A stretch of DNA of 63,321 nucleotides, counting the filler, from Reticulomyxa filosa (Eukaryota; Protista; Foraminifera): NCBI GenBank assembly GCA_000512085.1. It is 15 parts of 15 records of this genome, joined end to end, with 100 filler letters (N's around TTAATTAATTAA, not from the genome) between each part and the next. Parts side by side here need not be neighbours in the genome. Positions count along the whole stretch, not along the records: positions 50,688 to 57,391 come from ASPP01018549.1; positions 57,492 to 61,647 come from ASPP01027849.1; positions 61,748 to 63,321 come from ASPP01037161.1; 12 more parts are not named here. The stretch is one strand, 5' to 3'. Below the pieces are notes generated by a model. It saw nothing but the letters and a program-made list of their open reading frames with translations. It was not told where the DNA came from and searched no databases. Position numbers and translations under genes: made by a program. This document shows, in pieces, positions 52,105-63,321 of the stretch (positions are counted from its first letter, which is position 1; each line of letters opens with the position of its first letter).

Positions 52105-53719
52105 ACCAATGTTCTCAGCAAGGTGAACAAACAAAAAAAGATACGAAAATGTTTGTTCGTTGGTTTGATAAAAGAGATTGATACCAGTCTCTCATTGTCA
52201 TTTGAATGCAACAAACAAAAAAAAAAATGTTTATGTGTACGTTGCTTTTTTTTTCTTTTTAATTCCCTCAAACTGAAACTCTATTGCTTTTTTTTATTTA
52301 TTTTTTTTTTTATTGTCATTATTATTTTTTTGTTGTTTGTTTATTAATTTGTCTTTTAGATTTTTTTTTTTTGCTTACAAAGACGAAACGTCTTGTTTTG
52401 CAATGCCCTTTTTTATTATTATTTTAACGGCACATACCACTGTGCGAAATCTTTTTTCTTTAATATTTGTTGTGTGTTGGTGTACTTTGTCAACAAAATT
52501 TGATTCACAAAGAGAAAGAGTGTGATATTTTGTAAAGCGGACGATAGCATTGTGCAATGTGGTTTCAATAGCAAACTAGCACTTAAAAAAAAAATATAAA
52601 GTGTGTCAATGTCTTGTTTTGTTGGCTTATTGTCTCTTTCACTTTTTTTTTTATATGCTGTGTTTTTTTATAAAGCGACTTGGGTGTGAAGCAACGGTAA
52701 TGGTGTCTATATTAATTGGCTTTGGACAGAAAAAAAAAATTAGCAAAACGAAGCCACATGTTTTCTCCCTTTTTCTTGTGTTGGTTTTTTTTTGGTAAGT
52801 TTTTCCTTTTTTTTTTACATTGTATTGTTTGGTTTTTTTTCCTCTTTTTTTGTGGAAGTCGTATACGTATCAACAGAAGGTAGAGGAAAAAGGAAAAAAA
52901 TGGGAGACAACTCAGAGCGTGTAAGAAGGTAAATAAGAAAAGCAGATGAATGACAGATTTGGAGGTGAATTGTACTTGTTTAGTTCTAGTAGCATTTGCT
53001 TTGATCTTTTCTTCTTGTTATTCTTATTATCTTATCAACATCCTTGCAAAGAATGTAATTGGCACTTCATCCACTTTTGTCACGTGAACAGGGACGAGGA
53101 AAAGACATCAGAATCAAATTATTATTTCTTTTTTTAATAATCAAAAAGTCGACAATCAAACAATTAATTGTATTTGAAGGAAGTGTAAAATATTGATCAA
53201 ATGAATTATATGTTATAAACGTGTTTTAAATTCCTACAATTAAAAAAGAACAGCAAAAGCAAAAATGATAGTAGTGTGTTTTGTCACGCAAGTGTTTCAT
53301 TTGTTTTTGGTGATAGCATCATTTTTCGCATTAAAGAATTTTCTTGAGTGATTGGACCATTTCTGAGTGAATTAAATTAATATAATTTTCCGACTAGTTT
53401 TATTTTAAGCTTTTCTGTTGGAATGAATTACTTTTCTTCAACAACAGAATCACAATAAAATGAACTTATGAAAATATCAAAAATATTTTAAGACAGCAGG
53501 CAATCAAATTACTAATAATTGAACAAAAAAAAGAAAATATCAAATTCTAAGATTGTAACTAGTGCTCATACTGGTAATTATTATCATGGTTATACTGGTC
53601 AAACTGGTAATTGGTATTACTAGTATTATACTACAAAAATACTGTTAAAAATATGATTTAATAAATCGCAAATACAGCACTTTCGTAATCAAAATTAATC
53701 AAATACAGCGCTGTAACTA

Positions 53720-54918
53720 CAGTAGAATGCAAATAAAGTTGGCATATAAAACGGCACCTTATAGATATGATTGATTTTCTTCATGAAAAACAACATTCAG
53801 ACATTTTTTTTTATTTTAAAAAATATTTACAAATCGTGTAATTTTTAAATATTATTTTGGTTTTTTATTAAATCTTTAATAATTATTTCAATATTTTATC
53901 ATTTATTTTTCTTTCTTTTTTTTAAAAAATCAAAGTTGGTGGTGGAAGCATAATCGTGTGGTCTTGCTTGGAGTGTTAGGATATGGTTATGCATGTAACA
54001 TTAATTGATTTGTCAATGCATACATTTACAAAGAAGTCCCAGGTGATGAAATGATAAAAAGGCATTAATTGGGGTTTAGAAGATAATGAATTAGATATTT
54101 CAGCAAGATAATGCCACAAGCAATAGCAATTACAGTAAAAGAATGGTTTTAATAAAATGCTGTCAAGTATTCTAAATTCTCCAGACTTGAACAAAATCGA
54201 AAATGTGGTGGATAGTGAAAATAAAAATATTCAAAAATAGAACATTTATATCAAAATAGGAACTTTGTAAACAATTTGAATTAGAATGTAAAAAAATTGA
54301 CAAAGAAACTTGAACAAACTTAACAAAGTCAATGCCAGATAGAATACAAGCAGTATAAAATGAAAAAGTGATTTAGCAAAAATAATATTACAAAAAAAAT
54401 TTTTAGTTCGTATGCTTTTGAATTAACTTGACTTGTTTGTCATTGGACAAAAAAGAAAAAAAAATGATAAGTAAAAAAAAAGCGAACAGTAGTCAAAAAC
54501 CATAATCTTTCACAATGTATAAACTTTGAAAATAATATTAAATTCTGTAAAAAAAATTTGTTTGTTAACAAAAAATTGAGTTTTCTCAATAACTACGCAA
54601 CGTAGAAGACTAATTTTTTTTTTTGCAAATATATACACATTGAGAACTTTCTGAAAATGCTTAAAAAAAAGTTGGCAAATTTCATGGTTACCACACAGTC
54701 GCGATTGTCAACTTTTTCTCGAAAAATGAATAAAATATTAAATTTTTTAAACAATTAGGAAAGATTTAATAAAAACCAAAATGATATTTAAAAAGTACAC
54801 GATTTGTAGATATTTTTTTAAATAAAAAATTAGGTCTGAATGCTGTTTCTTCATGAAGAAAATCAATTATTTATATAAAGTGCCGTTTTAGGTGTCAACT
54901 TTATGTTGCATTTTACTG
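53720..54918 (+). mobile_element. Tc1/mariner DNA transposon relic with ~200-bp TIRs and TA target-site duplication
   Basis: TA|CAGTagaatgcaaataaagttggca.. at 53718 and ..tgtcaactttatgttgcattttACTG|TA at 54920; arms are reverse-complementary over ~200 bp. Confidence 0.92.
53938..54370 (+). pseudogene. Decayed Tc1 (DDE_3) transposase, C-terminal half
   Basis: Across frames: GGGSIIVWSC, IFQQDNA, KEWF, NSPDLNKIENV, NLTKSMPDRIQAV. Confidence 0.88.
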
Positions 54919-56380
54919 TACAACTTACAACAAATGAGACTGAATTACAGCGAAGTGCACTTGAATCTTGAAATTTATTTACGATTTGACGTAAATGGTT
55001 CATGCTAGTAATTTTTCTTTATATTATAACTAGATGAAGAAAAGTTCAAGTGAAGTAAATCTAAAAAATTTTTTTTGGTTACAAAAATTTTCGTTTGATT
55101 TTTGAAAATTATATAATAAAAAAATATAAGCAAAAACGATTTAATTAAAAATTATATAAAATAATTTTATTTGTACTTTATATTTTGGTTTTCAAAGTTT
55201 TTTCTTACATTATATATAATAATACAGGTAAAAAATAAACTAAATCTAAACAGTGATTACTTTATATATATTATTGAGCAAGATTCCTTTATGCAAAGCT
55301 ATAAACTTTTTTCCGAAAACAATTCGAACGGAACTTTAAAACAAATCTATAATTGGAAATCTAATTACATTTATTTTAATAATTGATCAAATTGCAAGAA
55401 TATTTTTTCCACATGTAATATCAATGACAATATTTTGCGCACACACATAATAATTGAAAAGGAACAAAATAATGTGATGAAATAGAAATTCAATAAACAA
55501 TCATTAGAATCCGATTCAATGTCCATATTCAATATTACAATTACACAAATACCAAGTGAATTTGTCTCATTCTCAACCCTCTTGGCACTTTCGTGTAATT
55601 TATCATAGGAATTCAATCCATTTCATGCTATTTGGAAAAATGGGGGCAAATACAAGACATAGATGATCATTGAACCCTTATTTAATGATATTGAAACAAG
55701 GGATTCAATGTACAAAAAAATATCAAATACATGCCCATTTGATGATGAATTAATATATTTTGGATCTGAGTTAGACAAATTTATTCCAACAATTGAATCA
55801 AATATAAAGGAAAATACATTAATACTCAAATATCCAAGTTTATTGGAAGACATTGTATGCATTTTTTGTACATAAACTAAAAGCAGTGTAGAAAGATGAT
55901 AAACCAAGTAAAGATAAAGTTCCATTAAATGAAAAGTCTAAGTTCAGTCCATTTTATAAACGTGATTTAAGATTTTTATTTTGGTGAATATTTTATCAAT
56001 AGATGAACATTTGAAATCTTAGAATGAAGATAAATATACATAAATGATTGTTAACATGGACACAATATGATCATCTCTTCCAACAAACTATTCTATTTTT
56101 AATAACCAAAACAAAATTCTTATTTGTAATACTTGAAAAATGATGAATAATATGTCTTATTGGCAATAAAATAATATGAATTGTTTCCTCAAGCTACGTA
56201 TTCATTTTGAAAATGAGGATAGTTCTGCATATAGTTATGCTTATTAATATTTACATATGATAAGTTGAAATTTTTTTTTTTATGAATTGAGAACAGTTTT
56301 TAAAGAGAATGATCTCAAACAAAAAAAAATCAGGAAAAAGTTCAAAGTTTACTAACATTAAAGAGAACGCAAGTGAGCAA

Positions 56381-57391
56381 ATGAGCACTACTATTAATAC
56401 AACAACTGCTGCAATACAATTGGTAAGTTTTTCAAACATTTTAGAAACTTGTTTGTCTTTATATCCAACACACAAATGATTTTGGCTTGTACGTAATAAA
56501 TTAATAGTCAGAAAAAGATATTAAACAAATCGTTCAAAATTGGACACGAGTTGTGAATATCAAATTAGGATGGATAAATGATCTTGACAAACTTGTTGTC
56601 AAATATGTTATGCTTTATTTATTTATTTGTTTTTAAATATTAAGTTATAAAAATTGATCAACCATTTAACATAGGCCAAATATTTTCAACTGTTAAAAGT
56701 CTTACAAGGTTGTGAACGTGGAATAAGGAGTGTAAAATTTTCACCAGAAGGTTGTGCGATGATTTCATTGTCATATGATGAAAAAGTCCGAATATGGCAT
56801 GTTGAATTAGGTGAAAAATATCGAAGTTTTGATGGACATGGTTTTCCTATTTATTTTGCAGATTTTTCATCTATTAAAAATATTATTGTTTTATGTCCCT
56901 TTAGCAATACTATTAACTTAGTGGATCTAGAGCCAAGAGGAAAATTGATAACACTTAAAGGACATGAAGGTCCTGTAGTGTGTGTGGATGTTTCTCTAGA
57001 TGGCAAATATATTGTTTCATCTTCAAAAGATAAAACCATTCGATTATGGGATATTCATTCTAAAAAGAAATTCAAAAATAGCTGGCCATCCAAATATTGT
57101 AGAAAGTGTTCAATTTTCACCAGATAGAAACAGCATTCTGTCATTCTATTTTGGCTATACTATTGATATATGGGATGTAAAAACAGGCAAAAGATTAAAA
57201 CAATTGAAAGGACATTCTGATTTTGTACGGTGTGCAAGATTTTCTCCAGATGGTCAGTTTGTTATTTCTTGCTCCCTTGATAAAACAATGAGAATATGGA
57301 ATGTAGAATCAGGAAAAGAAATGAAAGCACTGACTGGACATTCAGATTATATAAACGATGTGAAATATTTTCCAGATGGTCAAACTATTGT
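56381..57391 (+). CDS. WD40-repeat protein of the lineage-expanded 'IKLGW' family (3' truncated)
   Basis: Exons MSTTINTTTAAIQL|SEKDIKQIVQNWTRVVNIKLGWINDLDKLVVKY|AKYFQLLKVLQG.. then ~6 WD40 units; shift at the A runs 57062-57078. Confidence 0.85.
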
Positions 57392-58095
57392 NNNNNNNNN
57401 NNNNNNNNNNNNNNNNNNNNNNNNNNNNNNNNNNNTTAATTAATTAANNNNNNNNNNNNNNNNNNNNNNNNNNNNNNNNNNNNNNNNNNNNCATATAAGT
57501 TATCAATGTAATAACAAACAATAATAATTAAATAGAAAAAAACAAATCAAATCTTAATTTGCATGTTTCACTGCCTTTGTCTTTGTACTTCAATTAACTG
57601 TATCTCTATTTGACAGCACGAGTAGTATAAAATCGCAAAATGCAGGCTTGAGAGAAAATGGAAGTAAACAAATGAAGTACAAGAGCCATAATACATGTGA
57701 ATAGTACTATGATTGTTTTTGTTTTTTTTATTACAATCCAAATAGCCAGTACCAAAATTATTATTTTTAGAACTTCTACGACAAAGTTATCAAATGTGAA
57801 ACTATTTGTATAACTTATTTAATGTGGATATACTGATAATCTTGTACCAGAGAAATTGAGAGTGATTGTTATTTTTTTGGAAAAGTATAATTGTAAATTT
57901 CTTGTCATGACAAAAAGCATTTTCACTTTATCTTGAGTTAGTGTATGTTTTATTTGAAGAAGCATATGTCGAATAAACGTTTGAAAAACGACACGTAAAA
58001 AAGGGTATAATATTTGTGGTCATCTTTGTTAATATAGGGCCAGCAACTGAAATTACGACCGATAATCAGTATTTCTTTGTGAATACAAAAAAGAG

Positions 58096-59569
58096 ATGCT
58101 CAAATTGTTATTTTCGTTGGCGACCTTCAATGTGCATAGTCTTAATTATTTCTTGGTGTTGTGCGCAGTAGTTTTGTTTGAGCTGACAGTGAGCCTGGCT
58201 ATAACGAAAGTAGTAGCCTACACAGAAATCGACTGGATAGCGTATATGCAAGAAGTGAGAGGGTTCTTACAAGGCGACATGGACTACAAAAACTTGCGAG
58301 GAGACACTGGTCCTCTGGTGTACCCTGCAGGTTTTGTATACATTTACTCTTGTTTGCATGAGCTGTGCAACAAGGGTACGAATATATTGTGTGGACAGTA
58401 CGTGTTTGTTGTGTTGCATGCCCTATTTATTGGGACGTTTTTCTCGATTTTGTGGGTGGCATCCAAACGAAGTAACGCAAAGTCCTATTTGCCGTTGTGG
58501 ACATTGGCAATGACAATGATATCTCGGAGAATCCATTCAATTTTTGTATTGCGACTGTTTAATGATTGTTTTGCAGTATTTTTTAATTATGTGAGCATTT
58601 TGTTTTTAGTTCACATTTTGAGCGATGAGCACAAGAGCAGATCCCATCTTTGGTGGTCTTGCGTGTCCATCTTGCACTCCGTGGCAGTGAGTGTTAAGAT
58701 GAATATCTTGTTGTATTCCCCGGCCATTGGTTTGTATTTGGTGGAATATCTCGGAGTGTATGGGGCGTTCATCCAAGTGGTGTTGTGTGTCCTTGTTCAA
58801 ATCTTGCTCGGCTTTCCATTTTTGATTTCCTTTCCACAAAGTTACATTTTCCGAGCCTTCAATCTATCCAAGGATTTCGAATACAAATGGACTGTCAATT
58901 TCAAATTTATCAATGAACAAATGTTTTTGGATAAACGATTTGGACATGCGCTCTTGCTTTTGCTGCTTCTCACGCTGTTTGTCTGCGCAAATTGGATTTG
59001 GTCCAGGTTTTTTTTTTTTTTTGTCTTCTCTTCTTCGTACTTGTTCAACGTCCCCTTTTTTTTCTTTCAACTCAAACAGATATAAATGTGGCATGGAACA
59101 CGGATTGAAGGGATTTTTGGAATATCACTTTTATCCGATGGACGAAGTTGCATTGAAAATACAACAGAAAAAGAGACAGGAAAAAAACTTGTCCCAAATG
59201 TTGACGGAAGAAGGAGTCAAACACACTTTGAAAAAAGAAAATCATTACGAAAACAAAGGCTTATATGCATTGGATTGCTTATTCTTGTGCAATTTTATTG
59301 GCATTGTGTTTGCCAAGTCTTTGCATTACCAATTTTATGTGTGGTATTTTCACACTTTGCCCTATTTGTGTTGGCGAAGTGATTTGTGGTTAATATTCAA
59401 ATGGCTGTGGATCTTTATCATTGAAATTGTCTGGAACATTTTTCCCTCCAATGCTTACACTTCGCTGACATTGTGGGGCTTACATATTTGTTTGCTCCTT
59501 GCCGTCGTGTCTTTTCAGTATCGCAATTACAAAAAGGAATTGGATCATCACAAAGAAAAACGGCAATAA
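58096..59569 (+). CDS. ALG3: Dol-P-Man:Man5GlcNAc2-PP-Dol alpha-1,3-mannosyltransferase, 2 exons (intron 59007-59079)
   Basis: YTEIDWIAYMQEV, GDTGPLVYPAGFVYIY, HSIFVLRLFND, SVKMN, KWTVNF, SLHYQFYVWYFH; C-terminal KxKxx (KEKRQ) ER signal. Confidence 0.95.
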
Positions 59570-60330
59570 TGTTGGATCGGGGTGTCCTTTGTGTGGTGTT
59601 CTTCTTGTCTCCAAAAAAGAGCAATTGTCTTTTCACAATTTTCGAAAAGTACTTTTTTTGAATTTTATCTCTATCCTTCACCTTTTACAATTGAATTTTT
59701 TAACTGAACTTTGTTTCATGAGTTTGAAAAGATACTTTTCGAAGTCAGAACAAACATTTTTTTTTTTTTGCCACTCCCGCGTACTTTCGTTGTCCAAATT
59801 GTCGGGACTCAGAAAATTTGAAACAAAACAAAAAAACAAAAACAAAAAAAAAAATAAAAAAAAAAAAGGACAAATGAAAAAGGAAAATGTTTTCCAAACT
59901 CAGCCGAATCAAAAAGAAGGAAACACACACAAATCCAAACAAATAGCGCATCCCAAAGTGTTTCTTTTGACAGAAAAAATAAACGTACTCCGCCAACAAC
60001 ACAATGACATCACCTGTCAGCACTAAAGCACACGAAACAACGTAAAAAAAAAAAAAAATAGCATGATAATATTCGAAATGAACACACAAAAGAAAGCAAA
60101 TAATGCAAATATGGAAAAAAATAAATCAACCCATAGGATATTCGGTTGGTATCTTGATAAATGTGATATAAAGTAGGTTTACGTTCGATGAGCATGACAT
60201 AGGAAAGGGGAAAAAAAGGTTGGCTTTTTATTGGTTGTTGCACAAGAAAAAGTGTGTATGTGTAAAAAATTATTTTTTTTTTAAAAAAAAATGAAACTAA
60301 TAATAATGAAAAGGGATGCCTGATAACATT

Positions 60331-61630
60331 TTATGTTGAATAGCCAACCGATTTTTCAAGAGAAGGATTGGCAACGTCAACTTTGGGTTTTAGTTGATAG
60401 GACATGGCTGATGCCGCATTGCCATTCGTGGTAGCGTTATTTGCGGGCCTTAATCGTTTGTTGGACTTTTTGTGATTGTGTCTGTCGTGATTCGAATTGA
60501 GTCTATCATTGTTGAAAGAGTGAGGATAAGTGGCATTTTTCTGTTGCAAAAATTGGTTTTCTGGAGGAACTGTCGTTGCTAAGGTGTCGTTTTCAGAGAC
60601 AACAGAAGTCGATAATTCGGTGTTGTGAAAATGATAATCGTTTTTTTATTGTCATTGATATTGGAGTTGAAAAGGACGGAGTGATTGTTGTTTACTTGTG
60701 AATTCGAAATGGAATGGTCTGTGGTGTTGATATTTGTCCCCAATTCGTCTTTCCAAAAACTCTCCAATACTTTGTCAATGAAGGAAATCATGTTTGTTAC
60801 ATATTTGAGTTTTTGTTGATCGTTCTTGGCACCCCCGTCTATTGTTGCACTGCGATATTTGGTTTTCCCATCGATTATTATGTTGTCATTTACCACTATT
60901 GCATTACCTCGCCACTCTACCTTACCTGTTACTACTTTTTTTTTTTTTTTTTTAAAATGTTATTTCGTGTGACTTCTGTTCGCATATTCAAAGAAAAGGA
61001 AAGAAACTTTCTATGCAAGCGATTGAAACATTTTTGGATCACATGTGGAACATTCAAATTCAATCGAGCAACTTGTTCTTTTCGTAATGCCAAGTTTCTT
61101 TGTCGCACTCGATCGCGATCAGAGGGGAATTTTAGCTCCATTTCTTCGCTCTGCTTTTGTTTTGGATCAATTAATATCTCCACTTTCTATCAAACCAATA
61201 CACACATGTCGTATTTTATTTTATTTTATACACAAATAAATCACAATGACACAACTCAATTTCATCCAATCGAAGGATATGTACATCAAATCCTTCAGCT
61301 GCATTCTCGCGACGACGTCCTGGATTGTTTGATAAGAATGAAAGAATGAAAGAATGAAAGAATGAACGGAGAATGGAATATTGTGTGAGTAGAAATGAAA
61401 AGATTGAAACACACATACACATGGTCTAAAAAATCAACTGATAATGCAAAGCGGTGGCTGTGGAACGCAGCACAACACAGTACCCCGAATGATATCGATA
61501 CTATTTTTCAAACTTATTTCCACAGTGGACTGTCCAGCCAGGTCAAAGCCTTCGCTATTGGATCGCCACTGCTTGTTCCCGTTTACGTCGTCGCTTTTTG
61601 TCGCTATTTCTGTGTCTTTCTGTTCTTTAT
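60331..61630 (-). CDS. LSM12: LSM12-like protein (LSm + anticodon-binding-like AD domain), multi-exon
   Basis: STVEISLK..IIRGTVLCC..LCII|..FDVHILRLDEI; RLNLNVPHVIQKCFNRLH|VEWRGNAIVVNDNIIID..LKYVTNMI. Confidence 0.6.
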
Positions 61631-61747
61631 TCACTTTTTTTTTTTTTNNNNNNNNNNNNNNNNNNNNNNNNNNNNNNNNNNNNNNNNNNNNTTAATTAAT
61701 TAANNNNNNNNNNNNNNNNNNNNNNNNNNNNNNNNNNNNNNNNNNNN

Positions 61748-62773
61748 ATGGTCAATCGATGAAATCACAAACATCGATACTGAAGATATTTGGGAAAAAT
61801 GGAAAGAGTCTATCGACGAAAGTCAAGGCACACACGTTTTCGTCCATTGGAAAACAGTGTTTGCATTTCCATGAAACAGTACAATACCAAGAATTTGACA
61901 AGATTGCAAAGAATTTTAATGACATGAAAATATCAATCGAAGAAAAAGAAAATAAAGGTGAAAACATAGAAACAAAGCAATGAAATCAAGAAGTCCAGTT
62001 ATGTGGCTGAGCAAAGCAGAAAAGAGCACAAGAAATCACCAATCCAGAAACCAATCGATGTGTCCTGCTGAAGAATGTTTCCACTCGGGAAACAGAAAAA
62101 GAGATCATTGAAACACTTCAAGAAATGGAATATGATGTGGAGAAAGTGATTGCCGATCATAAAAGTGACATTTTCGAACACAGAAAATGCAAAAAGGGCA
62201 TTGAGAGAAGACTATTGGTATTGGATATAACATGGCAGAGTGTGAGTACTATGATAAATATCGAAATCGTCCAAGATCACACTTCCATTAGTGCAAGAAT
62301 TGCTTTGGAATCAATCATTTCGCCAAAGATTGTGTCAAGAAAAGAAAGTGCAAGTTTTGTGGACGAACGAATCACGCTTCAGATGATTGCTATCACAAAA
62401 GAAATGCAAAGAGAATGAGATGTATTTTGTGCAAAGGCAATCATGCGATAGACTCCATTTTATGTCCTATCATCCAGAAAACAATGCCAAAGATTGGACA
62501 AAGACAAGAACGGAACCAGATGAACGGACAAATCCGACAGAACAGTCAACAAGACGAAATCACTCAAATGAGGAAACCACATATCTACCAGTGTCCATTA
62601 CAAGCGCTCTCAAGTCATTTGAAAAAGAAGTGACTGAAGCAAGGAAAGTAACAGAGCACATTGTGATCGGAGGAGATTGGAATGCTCACAATCCTGCCTG
62701 GCTAGATGATAACTTCGATGATATCGGCGAACATGTGGTGGACTTTATTGTGAATAATAATCTGCACATTTAA
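61748..62773 (+). mobile_element. Decayed non-LTR retrotransposon (LINE): ORF1 with triple Zn knuckle and APE endonuclease fragment
   Basis: *CKNCFGINHFAKDC, CKFCGRTNHASDDC, CILCKGNHAIDSILC (62292-62466), then HIVIGGDWNAHNPAW..GEHVVDFIVNNNLHI; stops, frameshifts and an internal deletion. Confidence 0.88.
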
Positions 62774-63321
62774 GTTCTTTGGACTTGATTGGAGTGATCG
62801 TTGGCATATTCGTTTTATGGCTATTCGTCTTGTGCCATTTGTGTCGATGTCCATATCATTATTCGACGTCATTTTGGATTGTCGTAGTTGGTTTCTGGTA
62901 TCATGCATACCAATTCTGATTCCAACTTTACATCCATTTCCAATACCAGATATGCTAGGAAGTGTAGTTAACAGGTCTATTTTACCATTATATTTGATTC
63001 TTGATCCAATTCCAAGTGGTGTATTTTGTCCCAACATAGTACAGTAGATCCGATTAGTGTAAAAACACATTGCCTCTGCCGTCCGGATCGCCTTCACAAG
63101 CCTTGTTATCAGCTAGTGGTCCATTAGAAGTTACCCGACCATCTGGGTTCTGTCAAACAGAAAAAACCTGGTATTTGCATATAGATTGCCAATTTCTCAA
63201 AGGTGTCAAACACTCTTAAGGCAAGCAATGTTCGATCTTCTCCCAGCAAGCAGACCGTTTCCAGTAAAAGTATTACTATCCCAGTTACCAGGAGTTTGCA
63301 CCTTGTAAGTCAATGTACGCT

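Noticed and set aside
55400-55950. Coding-like stretch with several stops
   Set aside because: Probably a pseudogene, but no family is recognisable, so it was not called
9890-61747. Regularly recurring TTAATTAATTAA palindrome between N runs (CRISPR-like or recombination-site-like)
   Set aside because: Artificial six-frame-stop linker used to concatenate contigs
1-63321. Gene-neighbourhood or operon-like 'system' across the window (e.g. DUF4804 next to the TPR gene)
   Set aside because: These genes lie on different contigs separated by linkers, so adjacency is arbitrary

Overview
This is AT-rich eukaryotic (protist) DNA, not a contiguous locus. It consists of 15 unrelated contigs joined by an artificial 100-nt spacer (N44-TTAATTAATTAA-N44), so adjacency across spacers carries no biological meaning. 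The WD40 N-terminal motif 'IVQNWTRVVNIKLGWINDLDKLVVKY', the TPR/WD40 arrays and the low-complexity proteins suggest the foraminiferan Reticulomyxa filosa or a relative (inference). Recognisable genes: phenylalanine hydroxylase, SAM methyltransferase, CMS1, a 7TM protein, a DUF4804 (MavL-like macrodomain) protein, TTC1-like TPR, S10 carboxypeptidase, ankyrin protein, CUB protein, RING-SNF2 helicase, CSN2, soluble adenylyl cyclase, cyclin K/T-like, MFS transporter, PH protein, CAMK-type kinase, ALG3, LSM12 and C2H2 proteins. Accessory content: an NLR-like NACHT-pentapeptide-16xWD40 gene, a 42-aa TPR array with hypervariable codons, a second WD40 gene, a Tc1/mariner relic with ~200-bp TIRs plus related TIR/MITE copies on another contig, and a decayed LINE. 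Strongest leads: (i) a putative diversifying innate-immune receptor repertoire, (ii) an Arg-ADP-ribosylhydrolase-like macrodomain, (iii) atypical splice signals (GTT donors, A-rich acceptors), (iv) a PAH with a mitochondrial-type presequence. About nine frameshifts fall in homopolymer runs and are most likely sequencing errors. Exon boundaries were read by eye and are approximate.
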